Assembly (NCBI GenBank): GCA_012295275.1 | Contig: CM022678.1 | Location: 11,346,001 to 11,410,000, forward strand | DNA length: 64,000 nucleotides | DNA from: Chrysomallon squamiferum | Taxonomy: Eukaryota; Animalia; Mollusca | Direction of reading: 5' to 3' | Part shown: piece after piece, positions 25,551 to 39,520 of the stretch | How positions within the stretch are numbered: position 1 is the first letter of the stretch | Layout: the number at the start of each line of letters is the position of its first letter | Program-made: the position numbers and the translations under genes | Notes under the pieces: generated by a model | What the model was told of the DNA's origin: nothing | What the model saw: the letters and a program-made list of their open reading frames with translations, nothing else | Database searches by the model: none

Positions 25551-26358
25551 TGTTCATATTTGTTTTGTTTTTTATCTAACATACATCACATCTTTGTAAA
25601 TGTCACATATATATATATATATCTACCATTTCATGACTGGTATGTGTGTGTGTATAATATATATAGTTTTATTAAATTGTATTATTTTTTTCACTCATTT
25701 TTTATTTTATTTTTTAAATTCATCATTGAATTTTTTGCATTTTGTGTCTGTCATTTGTTTTGTTTTTATTTATTTCTATTTTTGTTTTCACATATTTATT
25801 TTTTAATATTTATTTATTTACTTATTTTTTTCAATTATTTATATATATATATAATTATTTCTCATCAATTATAGCATTTCGTTTTTTTTAAATTACTGCA
25901 TATTGTTTCGTCATTGTTAATTTAAAAAAATGAATACTGGCAGTTTCAGATGTGTTTTTGTTTTTTTAATTTGTAGCATTTTGTTATTGTCTTTTCTATT
26001 TTTCTGTGTAATAATATACATCACAATATTTTTCATTTTTATTTTTATTTTAAAAAAACCCATTTTATTGTGCTTCTGTCCTGGATAATTTTTTATCACA
26101 TTTTTGAAAAATGGTTTTAATATAAAATGTTGTTAATGTAATTATGATGGATGGATGGATGGATGGAAGGATGGATGAATGTACAGATGTAGAAGTGAGT
26201 GTTATATTTGTTGCTTGTTTAATAATGACAGCAACTACAGTACGTCAAAAGTATCTACATTTTTCTTGCTGTTCTTTTTAATATAAATGTGAAATTAGAC
26301 TGTTTATTTTTGAGATATACATATATATATACATACACATATATATACACACACATAT

Positions 26359-26391
<33 letters not shown>

Positions 26392-28207
26392 AATATATAC
26401 ATGTACATATATATATACATATACATATATATATATATATATAAAGAAAAAAAAAAACACCTATTAATAGATTCATTTTATATATTTTATTTTCTGTAAT
26501 TAATTCATTCATTCATTCACTTATATTATTATTTTATTTATTTTATACTATTTTTTTATTTATATTATTTTTTAATTATTTATTTATATACATTTGTTTA
26601 CCTATTAATTTGTTTGTATTGCATTATATTTGTTTAGTTAATTATTTTATTATGTTGTTTATTTATATTATTTATATAACAAATTTTATTATTTATTTAT
26701 TTACTTATTTACTTATTTATGTTTATTACATTATATTTTTTAATTATTTATTTATGTTCTATCTTTTCAAAGCAACATTTAGGATTATATTAATAAAATA
26801 AAGACTGGTAAATGGATGGAGTGATGAACGAATGAATAAACCAACAAATGAATGAGTGCATTAGTACTATTATTACTAACTACAAATATTATTCAGCAAC
26901 AACAACAACAACACCTACTACTACTATTACAATTACTGTTCACAAATATGTGGATCTACATATATTTAATCGACTTTTTTTTTTTTTGGTTTAACCTTGA
27001 AAAAAATGATTATCTTTGAAACCTAAACAAGGCCTCTTACCAGTCATCTGGTCTGTATTAAAATATTATGATAATATTATGTTCTCCCTGACAGGGCCTC
27101 CAAACTGACATTAACATTATTAATAATGATGGTGGTAACAGAATTATAATTATGTTTTAACATAAATTACAACAAATCTTTCGAATTAAAATAATTTTAT
27201 GTTTTAGTGTGTGTGATGTTTGTGTGCTTGTGTTTATGAATGTGAGTTTAGGTATGTGTGTGTGTTTGCAAGTGTTTGTTCATGTATATGTGCGTGTGTG
27301 TGTGTGTGTGTATGTGTGTGTGTGAGTGTGTGACTTAAGATGAATTTGTTTTATGAATATTTATGCAATCAGCAATTCATTCGTTCGTTCATTCGTTTGT
27401 AGTTCTGTCTATCTGCCATCTGTTCATCCGTTTGTTTGTCAATCCATATTTTTACAAATGTGTTTCTGCAGCTGTTATTTATTAAATATTTAATTCATAC
27501 CATCTCTCTTTCCTTCATTCTTCCTTTCCTCCCTCTTTCTGTCTTTATAAAACATTTGCATGTGTATTCCTTATAATCTCAAACCATTTTTTAAAATCTT
27601 ATTTCAATTTTTTTTTAAGGCATAATTTTTAAATATTTTTCCATATCCTTAAGTTTTTTAAATTTTATTTTATTCATAATAATAATGATAATAATATTTA
27701 TAATAATAATAATAATTACTATTAAAAATAATATAAAAAAATAAAAAAAAATAAAAATAAAAAAAATAATATAAATGAATTACTATTATTATTATCATTA
27801 CTACTACTACTACTACTACTATTACCAGTCTATTGATATCATCATCATCACATCATCATCATCATCATCATCATCACTATCATCATGTTTAACAGAACTC
27901 TGTTTTTTCGCTGTGTATATGCGGAGTGTGTAAAACTGCGATGTCTGTTAATTAGTCGCAGGTTTTATGAGAAAGTTTTTGAGAGAAGCTGGATGGGATG
28001 TCTTTTCCTGGTCGGAGATATTAACACTCGCAGAGAAATGTGACAAGTGACACTCAACAGTTCTCTCCACCTTAATCAAGTCACTAATTGCTTTTACATT
28101 CTCCTCCAAGCAAAAATAATAAAGATATAAGATATAGATATATATATATATCTATCTGAGGGTGCACTGGTGTGAGTAGGTGTGGTGATGGAGATATGGG
28201 TGGGAGG

Positions 28208-28256
<49 letters not shown>

Positions 28257-28503
28257 CCTCTGCATAAATATCAGTATATATATATATATAGATAGATAGA
28301 TATCTGCATTTATCTGCTTCTGTGTGTTTGTGGTTATAATGATACATTTTTCAACAAGATAAGAATATTTTATCTTATTTTTATTTTTATTACTTTTTAA
28401 ATTTTTTCTTTACATGCTGATGATACCAAAATTGTTCATTTATGAGAGTCTAGTTTGATATCACAGAGAATGTACATTTAATGAAAAGACAATTTGTTAT
28501 AAT

Positions 28504-28578
<75 letters not shown>

Positions 28579-29507
28579 TAAAATGTAGAAAGGAAGACAA
28601 AAATGAGAGAAAGAAAGAAGAGAAACAGAGTGAAAAAGAGAAAGAATAAAATGAGATAGAGAGAAAGTGTGAGAGAGAAATTAATGCAGAATGTTGGATT
28701 CTTTATCTAAAACATACATCAGGACAGACTGACACCCCCAGGGAAGCGATGATGTCACAGCAGTGACATAAATTATGATAATGAGCTTTTTCATGATTAA
28801 TGTTTCCACACAGACATTAATTATTTGATACTGTTAATTATTTTATAGGATGTGATATAACTCCGTATTTTACTGCTCTGTTTTAAAAATGTTTCTCAGC
28901 ATCAGAAAAATACTGTTTTATTTGTTCAGCTTTTACACAAGCTGTTAAACTGTGTATGTGTAATTTATCATTTTAACACATAAATATTTATACACAGACA
29001 CACTGACAGAAACTACTTTAATACAGATACATTAACAAACATACAGACAAACGTACACTAATAAAAACACAAAACTCAGTGATTTTACTCTTCAAAAAAC
29101 CTAACCTAGAATATTTTTCCTTGATTTTTATCAAATGTTTAATTTTCAAAAATCTTTTGCACTTGAAAAATTTAATTCTTTGAAAGTGAGAATTGTAGAA
29201 TGTTTGAAAATCGGTGATTTAAAAAGCAGTCACAACATTTCTTTAAAAGTAATTAATCAAGCATGTCTTTCATCGTGGTATTTTGAAAATTTTAAAACAA
29301 AATTCTGAACTCTTCATGGATGAGAACATAGAAACACATATTTTTTTCTAATCAGTTGTATTTTGTTTTATTTATTTATTATTATTATTTTTTTTCTACA
29401 AAATTATTTACACTATATCCAGGATAGAAAAAAAAATATCTGTTGGCATCTTCATCTACTTTAAATTTGTTTGTGGATTTATTTATTTATTATTTATTTT
29501 TGGGGGT

Positions 29508-29542
<35 letters not shown>

Positions 29543-29984
29543 TTTGTTTATTTGTTTATTTGTTTATTTATTTAATTCTGTTTTTATTTGTTTAAGAATT
29601 TATTTATCTATTTTATTTTAGTTTACTTTATTTTATTTTATTTTATCTTTCTGTTTTTATTTAATTTTTGTTTTGTTTTGGTTTATTTATTAATTTATTA
29701 ATTTATTTATTTATTTATTTATTTAATTCTGTATTTATTTCTGAATTTATTTATCTGTTATATTTTATTTTATTTTATTATATTGTTTTATTTTTATATC
29801 TTTCTGTTTTTGTTTATTTATTTATTTATTTATTATTTAATTCTGTATTTATTTCTGAATTTATTAATTAATTTTATTTTATTTTATTTTATTTTATTTT
29901 ATTGTATTGTATTTTATTTTATATCTTTCTGTTTTTATTATTTACTCATTTATTCATTTATTTATTTATGGATGGACGGATATG

Positions 29985-30038
<54 letters not shown>

Positions 30039-30529
30039 ATTTTATGTTTTATCTTCATACTCAAATCTACCAGTGGTACGAGTGTTTCATTGACTGTAGG
30101 AAACAAAATAATCGCAGACCCCCCTGTGAATCTCTTTGCGTGGCTTGATAACAGATTTTCTACATTCATCTGTTCCACTTGTTTCTTCCTCACAAAACAA
30201 AATCAGTGAAATAGATCACAGGTCGTCATGCATGAATAAATACCATCTGGAGCGGAAAACAAAAAAAAAAAAAAAAAAAAAAATATTGTAAACATAGTGG
30301 AATGAACTGTACTTGATGACCCGGAGTTTAGTAGTAGAAACGAAAAAAAAGAAAAAAAGTGTTTTAATCTATGTAGACTTTCTTGTTTCTTGTGTTTATT
30401 TAATTTTAAAAAAAAACAATAATAATGTTGATTATAAAACAAAAAATTAGTTTTGAATAGAAAAAAAATTTTTTTTTTTTTTTTATAAAAATAAATTTAA
30501 TTTTTTTTTTATTGATCCTGTTTTTGCAG

Positions 30530-30547
30530 GAGTGGTTTATTCAACAG
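30530..30547 (+). CDS. Candidate 18-nt microexon (phase 1-1: [G]VVYST)
   Basis: T-rich acceptor ...ATTGATCCTGTTTTTGCAG| and donor CAG|GTTTGT. Length is a multiple of 3, there is no stop, and it is phase-compatible with 31659-31782. Unverified. Confidence 0.25.
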
Positions 30548-30987
30548 GTTTGTTTATTCCTTTCTTTCTTTCTTTCTTTCTTTCATTCGTTCATTCCTTT
30601 TGTTTCTTCCTTTCTTTCTTCATTTAATTAAAACATGTTACTAATGCAAGAATTTATAAATTTATTTGAAATTGTTAAAATAATTTAAAAAGGAAATGAA
30701 AAACATTTATTACAGATTTTTCAGTGTTGAACATTTTAAATTATTTTTTGTATTTTTAGTTAGCAACCAGTTTAAAATAAAAAGCTAATTCCTGTGTGAT
30801 GAACAAAATAAATTTAATGTGTTTATTTCTTTATGTTGCTTTGTTTTTTGATTAATTATTTATTTTAATAACATTTCTTTATTTGTTTGTTTAAGGTTTA
30901 TAAATTAATTAAATTTAAGGTTCATTTATGTATGTAATGTTTACTAATTAATTATTTTGTTTGTCTAATATTTATTTATTTGTTTGT

Positions 30988-31046
<59 letters not shown>

Positions 31047-31658
31047 TTTTATTTGTTTGTTTGTTTGTTTAATGTTTATTAATTAATAAATTAATTTGTT
31101 TAATTTTTGTTTATTTAATGCTTTATTTTTTTGTTCTTTTTATTAATTAATTTATTTACTTCATTTATTTGTTTGTTTATTTGTTTTGTTGGGTATCTAC
31201 ACAATTATACACATATATAAACAAAAGAAAGTATAAATTAATAATTAGATTCTAACTGAAAAATAATAATTAATATAAATGTTTTGTTTTTTTAAAAATA
31301 ATATGGAATTAAATTTAGAAGAATTTTGAAGAAAAAAAAATAAATAATAATAACCAGTATGAATAAATATTAAATAAACAGATTTAATAAATAAATTTAA
31401 TAAACAAACAATAATATATATATGTTTTTCCTTCATTCCTTCCTTTTCTCCTTTCTTCATTCCATCCATCCTTCATTCATTCATTCTCTCTCTGTCTCTG
31501 TTCCATTTTTCTCAAAAAAAACAAAACTTTCAATACCTGCCAGGTATGTGCTGTTCACCTGTAAGGTCGTTCACACTTGTCATGGAGGGGGGGGTTAGGA
31601 ATCTCCCGTTACACACTCACACACTTACTGAAACCTGCTTTTACTTCCTTCTTTTCAG

Positions 31659-31782
31659 AAGAGGTAGGTCACGGTGACCTGCACAAACTGACCTTTCTGT
31701 CGTCCACCGTGCAGGTGAGCAGCCGCGATGAACTGACCATTTCGGACACCCAGGTGTCGTCCACTCTGCCCGAAACTAAAAG
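31659..31782 (+). CDS. Candidate internal coding exon of an unidentified gene (EEVGHGDLHKLTFLSSTVQVSSRDELTISDTQVSSTLPETKR)
   Basis: Strong polypyrimidine acceptor CTGCTTTTACTTCCTTCTTTTCAG| and donor AAG|GTAAAA. Only one + frame is open, and about 28 of 41 codons end in G/C against a very AT-rich background. I do not recognise the peptide family. Confidence 0.38.
31666..31680. promoter_or_regulatory. Perfect consensus estrogen-response-element-type palindrome (IR3)
   Basis: AGGTCA-CGG-TGACCT matches AGGTCAnnnTGACCT at 12/12 positions. Function is untested. Confidence 0.5.
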
Positions 31783-31932
31783 GTAAAAAAAATTAAAAAA
31801 TTTATTTATTTGTTTATTTGTTTGTTTATTTATTGTGAGTTGTTTTCATTCTTGTCATTTCTGTTATTTTTAATATTATTATTATTATTAATTTAATTAT
31901 TATTATTCTTATTATCATTATTATTATTATCA

Positions 31933-31964
<32 letters not shown>

Positions 31965-32494
31965 TTAATTATTATTATTATTATTATTATTTTTTTGATA
32001 CTATTATTATTATTTTTATTTTATTACTTTTAATATATTACTATTTTAATTATTATTATTATTAGTTTAATTATTGTTATTATTATCAATATTTTTTATA
32101 CTATTATTATTATTATTTTAATTATTGCTATTATTTTCATTATTTTTTTCATTATTACTATTATTTTTTTATTATTTCAAATTTTTTATTATTATTATTA
32201 TTATTTTAATTATTATTATAATTATTTTTCATTATTATTATTATTATTTTCATTATTATTATTATTATTATTTTAATTATTATTATCAGTATTATTTTAA
32301 TTATTGTTATTATTATCATTATTTTTCATTACTATTATTATTTTAATTATCATTATCATTACTATCATCATCATTATTATATTTGTTATTATTAATATCA
32401 TTATATTAATTACTGTTATTGTTATTCTTCTTCTATTATTATTATAATTATCATTACTATTATAATTATAATAATAATAATAATAATAATAATA

Positions 32495-32532
<38 letters not shown>

Positions 32533-32827
32533 TGTACTATTTGTGTTAACTGTACAGACACATACAACATTATTATACTTACTAGTTTATCCAGTGACTT
32601 GATAACATTATGTGGTTGAGTTATTTTAATGTTGTTTTCTGCTATCCTGGGTTCCAAGAACAGTTCTTGTAAACATGCTTCTAATGCTATCTCCCATTCC
32701 AGATTTGCTCTAAGCTGTATTGTAAAAGTTAGATCCTGATATGTTTATTAAAAGATGATCTGCCACTTTTTTATTTTTTTATTCTACTGTTACTATTAAT
32801 ACATACATAAATATGTACATAACATTC

Positions 32828-33062
32828 ACATACATACATACATACATACATACACACATACATACATACATACACACATACACACATACATACATACATA
32901 CATACATACATACATACATACATACATACATACATACACACATACATACATACATACATACACACACATACATACATAATTACATACACACACACATACA
33001 TACACATACACACATAGATACATACACACATACATAATTGAAACACACACACACACACACAC
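32828..33062. repeat. (ATAC)n/(CA)n compound microsatellite
   Basis: Visible. Confidence 0.95.
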
Positions 33063-33689
33063 ATTCGTATACTGATAATTACATACAAACACAAAGGACA
33101 CAAAACTATAAAAACAGAAATTATTTTTGTACATTAATTAATCTTGGAGATGAACTTGTAAATTACTTTTTCTACCAGTCACTTAAACAGCATGCAGTTA
33201 ATAAACCTCTACCTATCTGCCTGTGTTATACATGAACATATTGCACACGGTGATATAAATTAAAAAAAGGACAAAACAAAAAGCACTTAAAAATTACTCT
33301 GCCACATTTCCACATCTCATACTCACTTCACACAATTCAGCTTCAACTGTAAACACAACTCCTGTAAAGTGCTCTAGCAATGAGGTTGGAACGGGATATT
33401 CAGGAGGAAAACAGTTTTTCAGTTAAATGCAGGTAGAGATGTATGTTTCATCTGAGAACATTTTCATGAGCTTGAGGGTGTGCAAGAAATGTGTGTATGA
33501 AATGTGTGTAATATAAATGTTTGTATGATACCACAGAATGTAATAATGTTTTTGTGATATGACTTTACTACTTCATAACATTTGATATTACTACTTGTGT
33601 TGTTACCACTTCTACAGCAACTACTAGTACAATTATTATTATTATTATTATTCTTGTTAGGGTAACTATTATTTCTTCAAGTATTACTA

Positions 33690-34025
33690 CCTACTACTGC
33701 TACTACTACTACTACTACTACTACTATTGCTACTACTACTACTGCTACTACTGCTACTATTTCTACTACTACTACTACGATTAATATTATTGCATGTACT
33801 ACTACTATTACAACTAGTTCTGCTATTACTGCTGCTACTATCACTATTACTATTACTACTACTATTGCATCTACTATTGCTTTATTACAATTACCGCTAT
33901 TACTATTACCACTAGTGTTACTATTGCTAATACTGTTACTGCTGCTGCTATAACTACTACTACTATTGCATCTACTATTACTGTTATTACTACTACTACC
34001 ACCACCACTACTGCTACTACAACTA
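33690..34025. repeat. (CTA)n degenerate trinucleotide tract
   Basis: Visible. Gives the poly-L ORF artefact. Confidence 0.92.
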
Positions 34026-34489
34026 TAAACTTTACAGGGTTAGTGATAATTTTTTTCTGTAAATATAATCAAACTGTTTATTAAGACCACCTCGTAAGAT
34101 TAACTTTTTTAACACGTCACTGAACTGTTTACAAAGGTGTTTTGAGTGCTAGGGTCTCACTCCACGGTTACAAAAGTGAAGAGTTGTTCATTGGTTTTAC
34201 ACACTGAATTATTTATAAGGAAAGTAGGTTGTAAAGGTCACTGATTTCAAAATCCTGTTAGCACGTTAATGTGTTATCAGAAAACACAGACAGACAGACT
34301 GACAGACAGACTGGTTTAAAAATGTGATCTGGTTTTGTTTCTTTGTGAAAGCTTTACTGGCTCATATGAAACTGCTTTATATACTATAAAATATACAGTA
34401 TCTTATTATGTCATAAAATGTCATACGTTTGATATCAGATGCTTAAAACTTGATATGCAATGAGTGTGTGTAGGAGTGTGTACAAACAC

Positions 34490-34705
34490 ACACACACATA
34501 CACTGTCACACACATACACTGTCACACACATACACTGTCACACACATACACTGTCACACACATACACTGTCACACACATACAGATATAAAGACACACATA
34601 ACATACACTGTCACACACATACACTGCCCAAACTATTGATATAAAGACACACATAACATACACATACAGATATAAAGACACACATAACATACACTCAAAC
34701 AAGCC

Positions 34706-34744
<39 letters not shown>

Positions 34745-34780
34745 CCACACACACACACATAAGCACACACTCAAACTATT

Positions 34781-34833
<53 letters not shown>

Positions 34834-34845
34834 TACACACATGCA
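34490..34845. repeat. CA-rich 16-bp repeat (CACACACATACACTGT)n merging into (CA)n
   Basis: Visible tandem units at about 34490-34630, followed by (CA)n. Confidence 0.88.
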
Positions 34846-35076
34846 CACAAAAAAAATCATGTTACCGAAAAGTACACAGTGAATATTGTTCAGTGACGTG
34901 TCAGGGACAAGTCAAATTAAAGGTAACACACCTGTACACACCTGTACACACCTGTGACATTGTTTTCACCTGTTTTTCTCTGTCCTTGCTCTGATTTCAG
35001 GTGTTCAGGTAAATACTTAACTAAGAGGTGTAATTAAATAGATGTGTTTTATGTGTGTGTGTTTTGTGTGTGTTTT

Positions 35077-35121
<45 letters not shown>

Positions 35122-35699
35122 GTGTGTTTTCATTTTTAGTTATGTTGAAATGTGTGTCAGTGTTTTAAAATAGATATGTTTATTTGTATTAGACATAGAT
35201 GTTTAAATTTATTTTTTATTTTTTAAATTAGTAATTAATTTATTTTTATAATTTATTAGTCATTTATTATAAAAAATAAAAATATATTTGTTTTTGGATT
35301 AATTAATTAATTTATTTTTATTTTTTAATTATTTATTTGTTTATTAATTTATTTAAAAATTAAAAACTGAATTTGTTTATTTGATTTAATTTTGTTTTAT
35401 TTGTTGTTTATCTGTTTTTTTATTTCATTTTTTATTTTTTTTTTTTTTTTTTTTTTGATTTAATTTTTGAATTATTTGAGTTTTTATTTCAGTTTTTAAT
35501 TTTGATTTCATTTTATTTTTTTTTTTTTAAATATACTTTGTTTGTAATTCTGGACAAATGAACAATATATAAATAAATTAAAAAAATAATAATAAAATCA
35601 CATAGACCAGAATTCCAAAGTATGTCTTTCTGTCTGTGAGTGTTTTTAAGTTCATGTGTCTTTTGTGTATCTGTATGTGACTGCTCATAGAAAACTTCT

Positions 35700-35905
35700 G
35701 TCTGTGTGTCTCTCTGTCTGTCTGTCTCTGTCTGACTCTCTGCCTGCCTGCCTGTCTGTCTGTCTCTCTGTCTGACTGTCTCTCTGTGTCCGTCTCTCTG
35801 TCTCTCTGTCTGACTGTCTCTTCTGTCTCTCTGTATGTCTGTCTGTCTCTCTGTCTCTCTGTCTGTCTCTCTGTCTCTCTGTCTGTCTCTCTGTCTGTCT
35901 GTCTG
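35700..35905. repeat. (CTGT/CT)n compound microsatellite
   Basis: Visible. Confidence 0.92.
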
Positions 35906-36594
35906 TTGAACTCTTTGGTTTAGAGAAGTCACAAAAAGCTGATTTCAATTTGTTTTAATTCCTGTGGCCAGATTCACTTGTAACTCCCAATTATACAACA
36001 GCATCACCTGCGTGGACGTCGTGGTCACGCTTGTATCATCGCTGTCTCGTCGTCTTCAACTGAGAAACAAAACAAAAAAAATCAATTTGCATGTTAGTGA
36101 CCTTTCGACCTTGCATGGGTAATTAATTAAGGAAAAACGACAAACAGGATTAGCTGCTAAGAAGTCTGTTTTGTTGTAAAGGAAGATGACAACATTTGTC
36201 TGTGACAGCGGTTCACCGGTAAATCGACAAAATTAAATTCAGAATTTTTTACTGCAAATGTCATTGTTTGGAAATATAGGAAAAAGGTTTTAAGTTTTTA
36301 CTGGTACAGAAATTATTTTTTCTGTGTTTTTCACTGAACGTTTTTTAAATCTTTGTGCCAAAGAGTTCAGTTTTAGACTCTTTATTTGTTTTTATCTTTT
36401 TCTTTTTCTTTTTCTTTTTTTTTGGTTAAATTCAGTAATGTTAAGATAATGTAACTAGTGTGTGAACGTACAGATTAAACAAGATGATAGAGTAAAATGA
36501 TCAGTTTTGTCTGAGATTTTTCAGTGAAGATACATTGCATTGACTTCATAGTCCTTGGTTTTCAAGATTTAAAAAAAAAATCCAGACCAAACAT

Positions 36595-36633
<39 letters not shown>

Positions 36634-38849
36634 ACTTACCACCATTTTCCACTTATCTCTGTTGATACTGTTAAAATATTCCAAGTCCACTGTACACTAA
36701 CCCTCCCTCTCCCCACTTCCCACCAACACAAAAGTAAATTTTACAATTCCAACCACCCATCCTAACCTTACAACCTTCACCATCCTGTATTTTCCAGCTG
36801 TAGAGTTTTCTTTACATCATTACACACCATACGACATTTACAAACATTTTATATCTGTTTTCACATTATTAAATTACTAGTGTTTTATATCTAGTGTGTG
36901 TATATTGAAGTTTTAATGTTTTGCTACGTTTCAGGGCTCAGTGTTTAAATTTGCGATTTCCCAGAATTCAACATTTTTCTGTACACGTGGCTTCTTCCTG
37001 TGAAGTCAGGTTTTTACTTTTTTTTTTTTTTTCTAAATTTCTTAGTCCCTGACCAGTCTTGTGAAAATAGATTGTTACAGAATACTTAATTAAATAGTTT
37101 ATTTCTGCGAAAGATTATTTATAAATATCTGTTTATATATATATATACATATGTGTACGTGTTTGTGTGTGTGTGATTGTGTGTATTTGTGTAGTTTATG
37201 TGAAGTTTCTTTTAAAATATTTATTTAATGTCAGTGTTTGAGTGTGTTTGCTCATGAAATTTGTTTTAAACAATATTTTACGTGTTCTGTTAGCACCAAC
37301 GCACTCGAGTCTGTTTGACAATGAAAGAAGTTTTCAAAAATTCACTTTCATCTGTTTTTTGTTCACAAAAGTGTGTGTGTATGAGAAGGTTTATATATTA
37401 TTTCTTTCTCTTTGAATAAGAAATATTTAAAACAAAAATAACAAAAAACCAAAAAAAAACAAACAAACAAACAAAAATTGTTTAAATCAAACATCACAGT
37501 CCATTTAAATTTTGTTTTTCTTTTCTCTCGTTCATCTTCTTCTCTTTATTTTCCTCTCAATCTTTATTTTAGTTGTAACCACAGATGTTCCCCCACATTA
37601 CCCTCCTCTTAATTATCCCCCCAGGCCTCTGTCCACTCCATTATTTAAAAATTGGATAATTGTCAGTTGAAATATTCCATTTGTCCCCGAGCCTGAACAT
37701 TACTTGTGTTTTGTCCTTTCATTATCATCACTTTTATTTTTTTTATTAGTCGAGTTATTTGTGAGAAGTTTTGAGGTAAAAGATACTGAAATCGGTAATG
37801 ATAGTTGTCGATTATGTAACTGATAGGTTTTTGAAAATTACTGATGTTTTAGAAAGTGATGGAAATAATAATAATAATTTTCTGAGTGTGATTAAGAGAT
37901 TAATTTATTTTGTTGTTGGGTTTTCCTTTTTTTAAATAGGTTTTTTTTATTATTATTATTTTGTTTTAATAGATTGTTGTGTTTTATATTTAATTAAATA
38001 TTATTTTATTCTGTTTTATTTTAATTTTTATTTAATTTTATTATTTTGTTTCAGTCTATATTATTTATATTTTAGTTTTGGTTATTTTGTTTGTTTATTT
38101 TATTTTATTTTGTTTTGTATTTATTTTATTATTATTTTAGTTTAGTTTACTTTATTTATATTTTATTGTATTTTATTTAGTTTATTTATTTATTTCATTT
38201 AATATATTTTGTTTTCTTATTTCATATAATTATTTACATGTTTAATTTTTTCTTATTTGTTTTTTTATTAAATATTTACGTATTTATTTCAATTAATCAA
38301 TTGTTTAATTAATTAATTTAATTATTTATTTATATTATTTATAACTTGCAGGTTTTATCTAAATATTTATTTCTTTGTATTTGAAATTTCAAATTATAAT
38401 GTATTTCTATATGCTTATATCAACATCTTATTATATTCATCTTTATTAATTCACATACACACACACACAAACATACACATAGCAAATAAAATAAAATAAA
38501 ATAAAATAAAATAAAATAAATAATTAGACAAAGAAATAAATAAAGATATTTTACTAAGGGAACAATTTCTACATTAACATATAAAAAAAAAAAAAAATTT
38601 AACAAAACGTTTTTTTTTTTTTTTTTTTTTTTTTTCAAAACTGTAAATTGTAAATTATAAATCAGAATATGTTGCAAAACCACAGAACTTCCCCCCCACA
38701 CACACACACACACACTGACAAAATACCTGCGTCTGATTGTAAAAACACCTGCCTTAAATCCCTTTTATTCCTGTGAGCTGTTTTCAGCCTGTGAGGTAAG
38801 ACTCAGTCACAGTTTTTATATTTTTTATATTTTTACTCCCTGCTAACAA

Positions 38850-39140
38850 CACATGGCTCAGCGGGGCGCGGGGGGGGGGGGCTGGGGGAGGGACAACCGC
38901 GAGGTGTTTTGAAGAGGCAGTTGAAAGCGTCTGCATGTCATTTGAATTAGTCAAAGGTCAAAGGGCAGATGTTCGTGCAGGTAGGGGTCAATAAAAAACC
39001 AATGGGGCATGTACAGGGGGGAATCCATCAATTACAGGGGTTAGTACTGGGGGGTCAGCTCGCACGCGCGCGCGGGGCTTGTCAATTGACTTGATTGGAT
39101 AGCTCCGCCTAACAGCAGGTCTTTCACCGAGGCCTTTTTA
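38850..39140. promoter_or_regulatory. GC-rich promoter/enhancer-like island with G4 tract, triple DR1, CCAAT boxes and (CG)n
   Basis: G-runs at 38863-38892, TAGTCA-A-AGGTCA-A-AGGGCA at 38948-38967, CCAAT at about 38999, TGATTGG at about 39092, and CGCACGCGCGCGCG at 39061-39074. Confidence 0.5.
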
Positions 39141-39153
39141 GGGTTCACATTTT

Positions 39154-39199
<46 letters not shown>

Positions 39200-39313
39200 C
39201 ATTTTTTTAATTTTGTATTTTATTTTATGAGGAATAAAATAATATTTGCTATTATTACTATTGATATTGTGTTATTATTATGTTGTTGTTATTATTATTA
39301 TTATTATTATTAT

Positions 39314-39357
<44 letters not shown>

Positions 39358-39485
39358 CATTAGTGTTATTATTCTTCTTTTTTTCTTACTATTATCTCTA
39401 TTCAATAGTTTTTGTTATGACAAAATAATATTTATTATTATTGCTCTTACTATTTTTATTATTATTATTATTACCATCATCATCA

Positions 39486-39520
<35 letters not shown>

